The translations under genes and the position numbers were made by a program. Below the pieces are notes generated by a model. It saw only the letters and a list, made by a program, of their open reading frames with translations, was not told the origin of the DNA and did no database searches. Below are positions 10,530 to 22,700 of a stretch of 64,000 bases of DNA, piece by piece (the stretch's first letter is position 1; each line of letters starts with the position of its first letter). This DNA comes from Malacoraja senta (Eukaryota): NCBI GenBank assembly GCA_038087875.1, contig JAXLNO010000406.1, positions 62,001 through 126,000 on the forward strand. The letters run 5' to 3'.

Positions 10530-11364
10530 GCAAGCATTTCGTCACACTTTGATTTCTAAAGGTCAAGGTGGTATTTTACTAACTTAGAGCGGCACCGCGG
10601 TGTACCGGATAGATTTAATGTCTCAAAGCGCCAGAGACTCAGGGTTCGATCCTATCCTCGTCTGGTGTGGTACCTATGTGTTCATTTCTGGGCACCATGT
10701 TAGGGGAAAGATGTCAAGCTGGAAAGGGTACAGAGAAGATTTAGACAATAGACATTAGACGATAGGTGCAGGCATATGCCATTCGGTCTTTCAAACCAGC
10801 ACCACCATTCAATGTGATCATGGCTCATCATCCACAATCTGAGGAGAATGGGATTGAAAGGGAAAGATAGGGAAAGATAGATCAGCCATGAACGAATTGC
10901 GGAGTAGACTTGATGGGCGGAATGGCCAATTTCTGCTCCTTGAACATATGAGAACTGTTATGGAGCAACTTGGGGAGATCTTTAAGAAGGATCACCAGCC
11001 ATTCTTGTGGAATTCTCTGGATGCTTTCAAGAGCGAGTTAGATAGAGCTCTTAAAGATAGTGGAGTCAGGGGATATGGTGAGAAGGCAGGTACTGAATGT
11101 GGATGATCAACTATGATCACGTTGAATGGCGGTGCTGGCTCGAAGGGCCGAATACCCTACTCCGGCACCTATTGTCTATTGTCTATGATCATTTGCAGAT
11201 CCTCTCGTTAACAGCAGAAGGAGGTCCCTGGGACCAATGGTCTAGAATTCCAGTTCCAGTTCCTCAACATAGCGACCCACCAGGATCTCTCTATCACATG
11301 GATTTTATTAGCTCGTAAATCCTCAAATTCCATAGACCCTCTAATTGTCTGCTTCTGCCCCCAG

Positions 11365-11927
11365 ACTCCGTGACCCTGGATGAGGATAGCGCGCATCCAG
11401 AGCTCGAGGTGTCCGGCAGCCTGATGAATGTGAGATTGACCGGGGTCAGGAGAAGCCTCCGCAACAACAGGAAGAGGTTTATGGAATGTCTCTGTGCGCT
11501 TGGGTCGGAGGGATTCACATCGGGGAGACATTACTGGGAGGTGGAGGTGGCGGGGAGTCGGCGCTGGAGTCTGGGAGTCGCCGCAGAGTCTGTGGAGAGG
11601 AAGAGACGGGTCGACCTGAAACCAGAGGAAGGATTCTGGATCATCGAGAGATATCGCGAGGAGGTTTCCGCAAGCAATTCTTCCCAGACCACTCTCTCAG
11701 CCGGTCCCGTCCCCGGGAGGGTGGGAGTTTACCTCAGTTACGATTCGGGGACGGTCTCATTTTATGATGCGGACACCAAGTCCCACCTCCACACCTTCAC
11801 CGGGAATAAATTCGTGGGGAAAATGTATCCCTTCTTTGGTGCTTGGGATGAAAATCAATGGCTGAAGATATGCGTCATTCCCTGCTCGAATCAGGAAAAG
11901 GGTCGGGTGCCGGGACCGACGTCGTGA
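11365..11927 (+). CDS. TRIM-A exon 6, intact B30.2 (PRY-SPRY) domain
   Basis: CCCCAG acceptor, then VTLDEDSAHPEL..GFTSGRHYWEVEV..VGVYLSYDSGTVSFY..LHTFTGNKFVGKMYPFF, ending at TGA 11927. Confidence 0.93.
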
Positions 11928-12424
11928 GCGGGGCTGAGGGGCTGTGGGGCAGAAACCGTGTGGAAAACAGGTTGGCGCTGAACCGGTTGCATTTATTCCC
12001 CAAATTTCGCGTCGGAATAGACTAGTATAAATATCAGTGTGGGTTTGTGTCTTTGCGCATTTGTTCAATGGATCATCATTAGTAAAGGAATGGCACGTGT
12101 GAGATCAGTCACAAAATTGTGGGGTAACTCAGCGGGGACAGGCAGCATCTCTGGAGAGAAGGAATGGGTGACGTTTCGGGTCGAGATCCTTCTTCAGACT
12201 AGTGTCAGTGGATAGGGAAACGGCAGGTAAGGTGTGAGATTAGTGATGGCCACTTGCACCGATGCTCAAACGGTCACCCACTCCCAGCCTATTCAGAGGT
12301 GCTTTGCCATCGGGGGTGCGGGGGTGGAGAGAGGGAACGAGCAGGAGAGAAAGGGACACAATCGCCTGACTGTCAGCAGATATTTCCCCTCCAAAATAAA
12401 CTTTATTCAGAATGGAAATATAGT

Positions 12425-12718
12425 CGAGAGTGCTTTATTGTCAAATGTCCCAGGTAGAAAAATGACATTCTTACTTGCAGCAGCACAACAGAATATGCGA
12501 ATGAATGAATGAATACGTTTATTGGCCAAGTATTCACATACAAGGAATTTGCCTTGGTGCTCCGCCCGCAAGTGACAACGACATACAGTGACAGTTAGGA
12601 ATGACACATAAAACATTAATAATAAAACATTATTGATTAAACATGTGAAATAAATAAAATACAAAAGGAGTAAAACACAGTACACTGTAAACAATATAAA
12701 AATGGGGAAAAGGGTGTG

Positions 12719-12750
<32 letters not shown>

Positions 12751-13145
12751 AACGAACAAACAATAATAGTGCAATAATAATAATAGTCTATGTTGATTCA
12801 GAGCCCATTTGAGGTTGTCGTGTCTAATAGCCCAATGGCTGTTGGGAAGAAACTGTTCGTGAACCTGGACGTTACAGTTTTCAGGCTCCTGTACCTTCTA
12901 CCCGATGGTAGTGGTGAGATGAATGTGTGGCCAGGGTGGTGTGGATCTTTGATGATGCTGGCTGCCTTTTTGAGGCAGCGACCCCGGAAAATCCCTTCGA
13001 TGGTTGGGGAGGTCAGAACCCGTGATGGACTGGGCAGTGTTCACAACATTTGGCAGGCTTCTTCGCTCCTGGGCATTTCAAGTTACCGAATCAGGCCACG
13101 ATGCAACCAGTCAACATGCTCTCCACTGCACACATGTAGAGGTTC
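12425..13145 (-). mobile_element. Rex1/Babar LINE 3' fragment with a nested LINE tail
   Basis: Reverse complement of the 4250-4780 family, with (GAAT)n-tailed sequence nested at about 12500-12660 that resembles 7660-7850. Confidence 0.65.
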
Positions 13146-13519
13146 AAGAGAACAATTCACAGAATTCTTTAGGAACAATTGTTTAGGGACAATTCACAGA
13201 AGCAAATTATGTACAAACCTGCACGTGTGGGAAACGGGAGAAACCGGCGCACCCGGAGAAAACGCAGGCAGGTGACAGGTTGAGATAACAACGTAGTCCG
13301 AATGGAATCCGAGTCTGTCGCGCCGTAAGGCAGTAACTCCACCAGAGATCCTCCAGCAGTTCACACGGGAGGGCTGGTCCCCCAACACAATATTCCATGT
13401 CTCCCCCAATTCCAATATTAGTGGCCAGTGGGGGGCTTCCTGGAGCGCTAGTATGGGTGTAGTGGGCCGAACGGACTGGTTTCCAGAGGGCTAGTGTGGA
13501 CATTGTGAGCCGAATGGAG

Positions 13520-13692
13520 TCTTGGGCTGACAGCTCAGTCACTCAGGCCTGGTGGGCTGGCAGCTCAGTCACTCAGGGCTGGTGGGCTGGCAGCTCAGTC
13601 ATTCAGGGCTGGTGGGTTGGCAACTCAGTCACTCAGGGCTGGTGGGTTGGCAACTCAGTCACTCAGGGCTGGTGGCTGGCAGCTCACTCATG
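13520..13692 (+). repeat. 30-bp tandem repeat (GGCTGGTGGGCTGGCAGCTCAGTCACTCAG) inside a Helentron-like element
   Basis: About 5-6 copies. Same unit as 46830-47590, and the preceding sequence 13345-13520 matches 46625-46830. Confidence 0.85.
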
Positions 13693-14024
13693 GCTATTCC
13701 CTGAAATTCCATTTCAGGCAGGGTGCAGGCCACCACGTTCAATTGCATAGCACTCCAGGCAGGGTACAGGCCATCACGTTCAATTGCATAGCACTCCATG
13801 CAGGGTGCAGGCAAGCACATTCAATTGCTTAGCACTCCAGGCAGGGTGCAGTCCACCACATTCAATTACATGGCACCCCAGGCAGGGTGCAGGCCACCAC
13901 ATTTCAATTGCATTACACTCCAGGCAGGGTGCAGGCCTCCACGTTTCAATTGCATAGAACTCCAGGCAGGGTGCAGGCCACCACATTTCAATTGCATAGC
14001 ACTCCATGCAGGGTGCAGGCCACC

Positions 14025-15721
14025 CAGGGCCGGATTTAGATGAAGAGAGGCCCTAAGCTGTTCCACTTGTGAGCCCCCCCCCCCAATCCCCCACCTCCAC
14101 GACTAGAGGAAGATGGTCCACCAGATTGACACCGATTTGCAGCCGAGCGTGGCCAATGAGACAAGGGGCTGAAAAGCTGCGCTTTATTTATTTATTTACT
14201 TATTTATTGCCACTGCTAGTGTCGAGTTAATGGCTTAAAACACTATTATTCTGAAATGGAGGGCAAGGAAAATTACTGAAGGTTTGTTTAGAGACTACAG
14301 TGCGTTGTGACAGCATATGTAAGAAAGGCCTATGACAGTGTCAAAAATATTATACACCTTGCAGGGCTCTCACTTAATTTTTTCTCTCTGTTGTCAGCCG
14401 GGCAACCTTGGCAGCTTTTTAAGTTGCCAAATGACAGTTTAGGTGGTCATTTAAGATGGCTTGCATGACGCGTGCGATAATGTGCTCGGACGAAATGCGT
14501 AGTTACCAGTCGGAATTATGCTCAATGAAGTACTCAGATATTATTTCTGTTTCAAATAAATCCACAAACTAAACATATTCACCAATCAAGACATGATATA
14601 TACCACAATGACATGCAGCAAAATTATAATACAGTATCTCAACTCTTTTTACACGTTGCAATGAATGCAATTTCTATTATTTCTTTCCACTTCCAAACAA
14701 AAATGTGGTTGGATTATTCAGCGTATGATCAACCTCGATGAGACCAAGCGCAGGCTTGGCGATCGCTTCGCACAACACCTCCATTCAGTTCGCAATAACC
14801 AACCTGATCTCCCGGTGGCTCAACACTTCAACTCCCCTTCCCATTCCGAATCCGACCTTTCTGTCCTGGGCCTCCTCCATGGCCTGAGTGAGGCCCACCG
14901 CATATTGGAGGAGCAGCACCTCATATTTGCTTGGGTAGTTTACACCCCAGCGGTATGCACATTGGCTTCTCTAATTTCAGGTAGTCCTTGCTTTCTCCCA
15001 CCTTCATCTCCCATTCCCAGCTCTCCCACAGCCTACTGTCTCCGCCTCTTCCTTTATTTTTCATGACCCCCCCTTGACATCAATCTGAAGAAGGGTCTCG
15101 ACCCGAATCATCGTCTATTCCTTCGCTCCACAGATGCTGCCTTACCCGTTGATTTGCTCCAGCTTTTTTCTCTACCAATGGGATCCCACCACTGGCCACA
15201 TCTTCTCATCTCCTCCCCTGTTGGCTTTCCGCAGAGACCGCTCCCTCCGTAACTCCCTGGTCAATTTGCCCCTTCCCACCCAAACCACCCCCTCTCCTGG
15301 CACTTTCCCTTGCAACCGCAGGAAATGCCACACTTGTCGTTTTAATTGTTCAAGACTCTGGGGCTGTACATTGGCCATAAAGTTGCTGCCTAAAATTGCC
15401 AGAGTCCCGGAATTGATCCTGAATATTGGTGCTGTCTGTATGGAGTTTGCTCCTTTTCCCTTTGATCACATGGGTTTTCTCCGGGTGCTCTTGTTTCCTT
15501 CCACATTCCAAAGGTGTGCAGGAACTATTTCAGACCCAACCCAAAACTTAATATTTCCTTTTGTCCACAGATTCTGTCTGACCTGTTGAGTTACACCAGC
15601 TTTTTGTGTGTAACTTCAGTTTAAACCAGCATCTGCACTTCCTTCCTACACACATGATACTATACGATAGAACATTAATCCCAGGAGGGAAATTGTGTCT
15701 GTGTGTGGGTATATATATTAT

Positions 15722-15764
<43 letters not shown>

Positions 15765-16322
15765 GTTATATATTCATATATAAATATACACCGTTTTGTT
15801 TCTCGTTTATAATATTGTTTACAGAGTACTATGTTTACATATTCTGTTGTGCTGCTGCAAGTAAGGATTTTCATTGTTCTAACTGGGACGTGAGAGAATA
15901 AAACACTCTTGACTCTTGACTTACTCCGCTAATGTGTGGGAAAGAACTAGTGTACGGGTGATCAGTGGTCGGCGTGGACTCGGTGGGCTGAAGGGCCTGT
16001 TTCCACGCTGCAGGGGGAGACGTGCTGGCCGTAGCAGTGCGCATGTGCAAGGCGGCCGGCCGTGCCGGCGGATGAGGAGTGGAGAGCGGAGACCCAGCGG
16101 CCCGGATACGGATGGCGGGCGGAGACGGAGAGAGAGAGATGGAGAGGGGGGCCCGCCCAGAGTTGAACGGCAGGCGTCCTGCCTTGGCCGGAGGCCCCCT
16201 CGATTTCGAGGCCCTGGGCTTCAGCCTATGAAGCCTAGTGGTAAATCCGGATCTGCGAGGCACCCATAGATCTCGAGGCCCTAAGCTTAAGCTTGTCAAA
16301 CTTATACGTAAATCCGGCCCTG
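14025..16322. mobile_element. Non-autonomous hAT-superfamily DNA transposon with nested repeats
   Basis: Perfect 14-bp TIRs CAGGGCCGGATTTA and TAAATCCGGCCCTG. Perfect 8-bp TSD AGGCCACC at 14017-14024 and 16323-16330. Confidence 0.85.
14735..15345 (+). mobile_element. Penelope-like element fragments (GIY-YIG endonuclease C-terminus and terminal repeat)
   Basis: Reads ETKRRLGDRFAQHLHSVRNNQPDLPVAQHFNSPSH..LEEQHLIF, followed by CTGAAGAAGGGTCTCGACCCGAA at 15085 and PLLAFRRDRSLRNSLV..PGTFPCNRRKCHTC. Confidence 0.85.
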
Positions 16323-16884
16323 AGGCCACCACATTTCAATTGCATAGCACTCCAGGCAGGGTGCAGCCACCACATTTCAACTGCATAGCACTCCAGGCAG
16401 GGTGCAGCCACCACATTTCAATTGCATAGCACTCCAGGCAGGGTGCAGGCCACCACATTTCAACTGCATAACACTCCAGGCAGGGTGCAGCTACCACATT
16501 TCAATTGCATAGCTCCAGGAAGGCTACAGGAAGATCTCCCCGTCCCAATCTGAATCTGCCCACACTTCATATTCCCTTCACATTTTTCGCGATAATTTTT
16601 TATTGCAGGGGCCTATTAAAATCGAAGAAATACTGCTGGTGTCACAAATCTGAAAGAAAAGCAAACAATGATACCAAAAACTCTGCAGGCCAAGCAGCAT
16701 CTGTGAAAAGAGAAGTAGTTAACTCCAAGTCTGAGTTGATCGAGGTGGTGGAGATACAGTTAAACATTATTGCATTCACATCCCAAATTCAGTTACATTT
16801 CCATGCCTTTTTTTTGACCAGTTCTATTTCCAAGTTCCTTGTGGCTTTATAATTTATAATTTGGTGGTTAAATGTAACTTGTTG

Positions 16885-17662
16885 GTGGCAAAAACAGGAA
16901 AGTAGACTATTATCTGAATAGTGGCCGATTAGGAAAAGGGGAGATGCAACGAGACCTGGGTGTCATGGTACACCAGTCATTGAAAGTAGGCATGGCAGGT
17001 GCAGCAGGCAGTGAAGAAGCGAATGGTATGTTAGCATTCATAGCAAAAGGATTTGAGTATAGGAGCAGGGAGGTTCTACTGCAGTTGTACAGGTCTTGGT
17101 GAGACCACACCTGGAGTATTGCGTACAGTTTTGGTCTCCAAATCTGAGAAAAGACATTCTTGCCATAGAGGAGTACAGAGAAGGTTCACCAGACTGATTC
17201 CTGGAATGTCAGGACTTTCATATGTAGAAAGACTGGATAGACTCAGCTTTGTACTCGCTAGAATTTTAGAAGATTGAGGGGGGATGTTATAGAAACGTAC
17301 AAAATTCTTAAGGGGTTGGACAGGATAGATGCAGGAAGATTCTTCCCGATGTTGGGGAAGTCCAGGACAAGGTGTCACAGTTTAAGGATAAAGGGAAAAT
17401 CTTTTAGGACCGAGATGAGAAAAACATTTTTTCACACAGAGAGTGGTGAATCTCTGGAATTCTCTGCCACAGAAGGTAGTTGAGGCCAGATCATTGGGTA
17501 TATTTAAGAGAGAGTTAAATGTGGCCCTTGTGGCTAAAGGGTTCAGGGGGTATGGAGAGAAGGCAGGTACAGGATACTGAGTTGGATGATCAGCCATGAT
17601 CATATTGAATGGCTGTGCAGGCTCGAAGGGCCGAATGGGCTACCCTTGCACCTATTTCTATG
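16885..17662 (+). mobile_element. CR1 LINE 3' fragment
   Basis: Highly similar to 57345-58140, with several frameshifting indels. Confidence 0.9.
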
Positions 17663-17744
17663 TTTAGCGTCAATCTGTTTGCGAATGGAGTTTCTGCCCC
17701 ATATTTGACCGCCAAAATTATTAATTGTTAAGGTCACAAGGAGT

Positions 17745-18245
17745 TGAGTACAGGAGCAAAGAGGTCCTGCAGTTGTACAGGGCCTTGTGAGACCACACCT
17801 GGAGTATTGTGTGCAGTTTTGGTCCCCTAATTTGAGAAAGGACATTCTTGCTATTGAGGGAGTGCAGTGTAGGTTTACAAGGTTAATTCCCTGGATGGCG
17901 GGACTTTCATAAGCTGGGAGAATGGAGCGGCTGGGTTTGTATACTCTGAATTTAGAAGGATGAGAGGGTATCTTATTGAAACCTCTAAGATTATTAAGGG
18001 TGAGGCAGAGAATTCCACAGACCCACAACTCTCTGTGTGAAAAAGTGTTTCCTCATCTCCGTTCTAAATGGCCTACCCCTTATTCTTAAACTGTGGCCCC
18101 TCGTTCTGGACTCCCCAACATCAGGAACTTGTTTCCTGCCTCTAGCGTGTCAAACCCTTAATAATGTTATGTGTCAATAAGATCTCCTCTCATCCTTCTA
18201 AATCACAAGCACAGACGCTCCATTCTCTCAGCATATGACAGTCCC
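17745..18245. mobile_element. CR1 fragments in opposite orientations (+ to about 18000, then -)
   Basis: Plus-strand [19 protein letters not shown] followed directly by reverse-complement CR1 3' sequence. Confidence 0.75.
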
Positions 18246-18912
18246 GTTTTAAGACCAACCATCTTCAGATAGCCCCGGCATTCCCTCTGTATCTCTACCC
18301 CCCCCCCCCCACCCAACCCATCCACGTCACACGAGTTTCTCGTTTTCACCGTACAGAATTCAACATTTTCACGTAATTAACAAACCTTCTGTTTCGCGTT
18401 CTCTGCATTCAGCTTACCCCTCCCCCCCCCTTAGTAATTTCCAAGTCATCCGCCCTTCTTTTTTGCACCACCGCATGGTCACTTTTACCGGAGTTTTATT
18501 TTGCCAGACGACTCTTGCACCCTTCCAAACGAGTCAGTGGACTTTAGGACCCGGGGGAGCCCGGAGCTCAGGACCCGCCGCCCGCGGCTGCTGCTGAACC
18601 CGCGGGAAGGGAGATTGTTTCAATCTTCATATTTTCACAAAAGTAATTTCTGTTCCTTTGCCGGACGCGGTTAACGCGTTAAATTGAACGGATCGACAGA
18701 CAGCTCTGATTTCAGTTGCTGTTTATTTCACTCTTCCCACATTTACATTCCCCCCTGGTTTTATTTCCGCGCTCATTGGGGTTTTACGTCGCGGAATTTG
18801 GGGATTAAATGGGAGCCGTTCGTTCAAGCGCCGACCTGTTGTCCACCGGGTTTCTGCCCCACAGCACCTGGCTGAGCCCCGCTCCTGACGCCGGTCCCGG
18901 GACCCGACCCTT

Positions 18913-19443
18913 TTACACACCCGGAGCGGAACCGGAGCAGATTCGCAGCCACTGGTTTTCCTTCCAAGTCCAGAAGAAAGGATAAAGTTTCTCCGTGAAT
19001 TTATTCCCAGTGAAGGTGTGGAGATGGGACTTGGTGTCCGCGTCGTAAAATGAAACTGTCCCGAAATCGTAACTGAGATAAACTCCCACCCTCCCGGGGA
19101 TGGGACGGGCGGGGAGAGGGGATCGAGGGGAGGTGAATGCAACAAACCCGTCATCCCACCGCCTGATGCTCCAGACTCCAGTCTCCGGGGTCGGTGTGAA
19201 ATCTCTCTTCCTCTCCACAGACTCTGCGGCGACTCCCAGACTCCAGTACTGACTCCCCGCCACCTCCACCTCCAGTAATGTCTCCCGATGTGAATCCCTC
19301 CGATCCCAGCACACACGCATACACTGTAAACCTCTTCCCGGTGTCAGGGAGACTCCTCCAGGTCCGGGTCCATCTCACCCTCTTCCGATCCTCAGACACT
19401 TCGAGCTGCGCATGCGCTGTTTCCACATCCAGGGTGACGGAGA
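18913..19443 (-). CDS. TRIM-B exon 6, B30.2 domain with two 1-nt deletions near 19270-19287
   Basis: VTLDVETAHAQLEVSEDRKRV..GSEGFTSG, shift, RHYW, shift, EVEVAGSQYWSLGVAAES..KLYPFFWTWKENQWLRICSGSAPGV*. Confidence 0.9.
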
Positions 19444-19769
19444 CTGGGGGGAGAAGCAGAGAATCAGAGAGTCAGTCCCCGGGGGTCGGGGGGAGACTCG
19501 GGCACAGGCGGGCGGACAACTGACACCTTACCCGGGGTGTCACCCAATTACGTGAGATGGACAACACAAACCTTTCGCCACATTTCACTCCGAGAAAAGG
19601 GGAGGCTCGTAGATTGCAAGAGCGGGTCGGGCAGCGGAGTTGGGATTGTGTGTGTAAATAGAGAGAGAGAGGGGATGACGGGGAGATTGCGGGTGGGCAT
19701 TTGGAGCGGTTGGGCAGGGTTTTGTGAGATCTCGCTGTTAGGTGGTGGAGAGGGAATCAGATTATCAAG

Positions 19770-22700
19770 CAGCGGATTGAGATAAGTGGTAACAGGAAGT
19801 ATTTATAAAGGCAGGCAGGATATCGGATGTAATATTGGAGAATTGGGGCCAGTGTGGAACTGGCACACAGGAGGAGTTGAGGCAGATGAACACATGCCGG
19901 GGCAGATGAGACAGTGTGAGGCTTGCAGAATGTGGGAGCCCAGGGAACAAGGATGGAGCCTCTATCTGCTACAACTGTGGCAAGTGCGTCCAGCTTCAGC
20001 TCCTAAAGGACCGTGTTGGGGTACTGGAGAAGCAGCTGGATGACCTCAGGGCCATCCGGGAAAACGAGAGTTTCATGGGCAGGACCTACACTGAGGTAGT
20101 CACGCCGAGGATATAGGAAGAACCAAGGTGTGTGACGTAGAGAAAGGGTGGAAATCGTGGAGTGCAGAAGATCCAGGTGGCTGTGGCTAATGAAAACAGG
20201 TACGCCCTCTTGGGAGCTGTCCGGGGAGACGATGTTTCCAGTCCGAGCGGTGGACACGTCGGTGGCTCCAATCCTAGAGATGGGACTCGACCGGCGACCG
20301 GTGGGTAACTCCGTTGTCCGAGGAGCGGACAGGAGATTCTGTGGCGGCAGATGAGATGCGAGGATGGTCTGTTGCCTCCCTGGTGCCAGGGTTCAGGATG
20401 TCACGAGCCAAATTCAGAACATTCGAGAGAGAGAGAGATAAGGTGAACAGCCGGTAGTAGTTTTGCACGTTGGCACAAACGACATCGGGAAGAAGAGGAA
20501 GGAGGTTCTCCAACATGACTTCAGAGAGTTGGGAAGAAGTCTGAAATGCCTGACTTCTAGGGTGGTTATCTCTGGATTGCTTCCAGTACCTTGTGCTAGT
20601 GAGGACAGGAACAGGGAGATACGGGATCTGAATGTGTCGCTGAGGGGCTGGAGCAGTGAGCAAGGATTTAGATTAATAGACCACTGGAATCTGTTCTGGG
20701 GTAGGGGTGACTTGTACAAAAGGGACGGGTTACACCTTAACTGGAGGGGGACCGACATTCTGGCAGGCAGGTTTGCTAGGGCTACACGTGTGGGTTTGAA
20801 CCAAATAGTGGTGGGGAGGGATTGACAAATTGGGAGTATCAAGATGGAGTTGAAGGGGAAGTGACTGCATGAAAAATTACAAAAGATTCTCAAATAATGG
20901 GAAGGAAAGTTCGAGAATGGACAACAGAGTAAGGTCAGGGCCAATTGCGAGGGGGGAAGTGAATACGGAGGTCAAAGTGCTGTATATGAATGCGCAAAGT
21001 ATAAGGAATAAAGTGGAAGAGCTTGAGGCTCAGTTAGAAACTGGCAAGTATGATGTTGTGAGAATTACTGAGACATGGCTGCAAGAGGGCCAGGGCTGGG
21101 AACTGAATATTCAAGTATATACCTCCTATCGAAAAGGCAGACAGGTGGGCAGAGGGGGTGGGGTTGCCCTGTTGGTGAGGAATAAAATCCTGTCCCTTGC
21201 AAGGGGTGACATTGAAACAGGAGAAGTGAAGTAAGTATGGATAGAACTAACGAATTGTAAGGGTAAAAATACCCTAATGGGACTAATCTGCAGGCACCAA
21301 AACAGTAGCCTGGACATAGGGCGCAAGTTGAATCAGGAGTTCAAATTGGCATGTAGCAAAAGTAATGCCATGGTTGTTATGGGAGATTTCAACATGCAGG
21401 TAGACTGGGAAAACAAGGTTGGTACTGGACTAGAGTGCCTTCGTGATGCATTCTTTGAACAGCTTGGATTGGAGCCTACCGGGGAGAAGGCAATTCTGGA
21501 TTTAGTGTTATGTAATGAACCGGATTTGATAAAGGACCTCGAGGTTAATAAGCCATTAGGAGGCAGTGACCATAACATGGTCAGGTTTAATCTACAATTG
21601 GAGAGGGAGATGAGTAGATCGGAGGTGTCAGTGTTGCAGTTCAATAAAGGGGACTATGGGGCCATGAGGGAGGAGCTCGCCAAAGTTGACTGGAAAGATA
21701 CACTAGCAGGGATGACAGTGGAATAAAAATGGCAGGTGTTTCTAGGAATATACAGAAGGTGCAGGATCAGTTCATTCCTAGGAGGAAGAAAGATTCCAAG
21801 GGGAGAAAGGGACGACCATGGCTGACAAGGGACGGCAGTATAAAAATTAAAGCGAAGAAGTACAACGTAGCAAAGATGAAGCGGGAAGCAAGAGGATTGG
21901 GTAATGTTTAAAGAACAACAGAAGATAACCATAAAGACAATACGGGAAGAAAGATGAGGTACGAAGGTAAGCTAGCCAAGAATATAAAGCAGGATAGTAA
22001 AAGCTTCTTTAGGTATGTGAAGAGGAAAAAATTAATTAAGACCAAAGTTGGACCCTTGAAGACCGAAAAAGGTGAATTTATTATGGGGAACAAGGAAATG
22101 GCAGATGGGTTGAACAGGTACTTTGGATCTGTCTTCACTAAGGAGGACACAAACAATCTTCCTAATATAGTAGTGGCCAGAGGATCTGGGGTGACGGAGG
22201 AACTGAAGGAAATCCACATTAGGCAGGAAATGTTGTTGGATAGACTGATGGGACTGAAGGCTGATGAATCCCCAGGGCCTGATGGTCTGCATCCCAGGGT
22301 ACTTGAGGAAGTGGCTATAGAAATTGTGGATGCATTGGTGATAATTTTCCAATGTTCTATAGACTCAGAATCAGTTTATGTGGATTGGAGGGTAGCTAAT
22401 GTTATCCCACTATTTAAGAAAGGCGGGAGAGAGAAAATAGGGAATTAAAGACCAGTTAGCCTGACATCGGTGGTGGGAAGATGCTGGAGTAAATTATAAA
22501 AGATCAGATAGACAAACTTTTGGATACCAGTAACAGGATCGGTCCGAGTCAGCATGGATTTAGGGAAGGGGAAATTATGCTTGACTAATCTTCTGGAATT
22601 TTTTGAAGATGTAACTAGGAAAATGGACAAGGGAGAGACAGTGGAGGTAGTGTACCTGGACTTTCAGAAAGCATTTGATAATGTCCCACATAGGAGATTA

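Larger units (their letters stand above)
6392..11927 (+). pseudogene. TRIM-A: six-exon RING/B-box/coiled-coil/B30.2 gene (A33/TRIM39-like) with one premature stop
   Basis: Exons 6392-6802, 7499-7594, 8387-8620, 10305-10327, 10414-10529 and 11365-11927 (411/96/234/23/116/563 nt) splice in frame to 480 codons. In-frame TGA at 6593-6595. Intron 5 donor is GC. Confidence 0.85.
13715..16520 (+). repeat. About 43-bp minisatellite (CTCCAGGCAGGGTGCAGGCCACCACATTTCAATTGCATAGCA) split by a hAT insertion
   Basis: Copies at 13715-14024 resume at 16323-16520. Confidence 0.85.
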
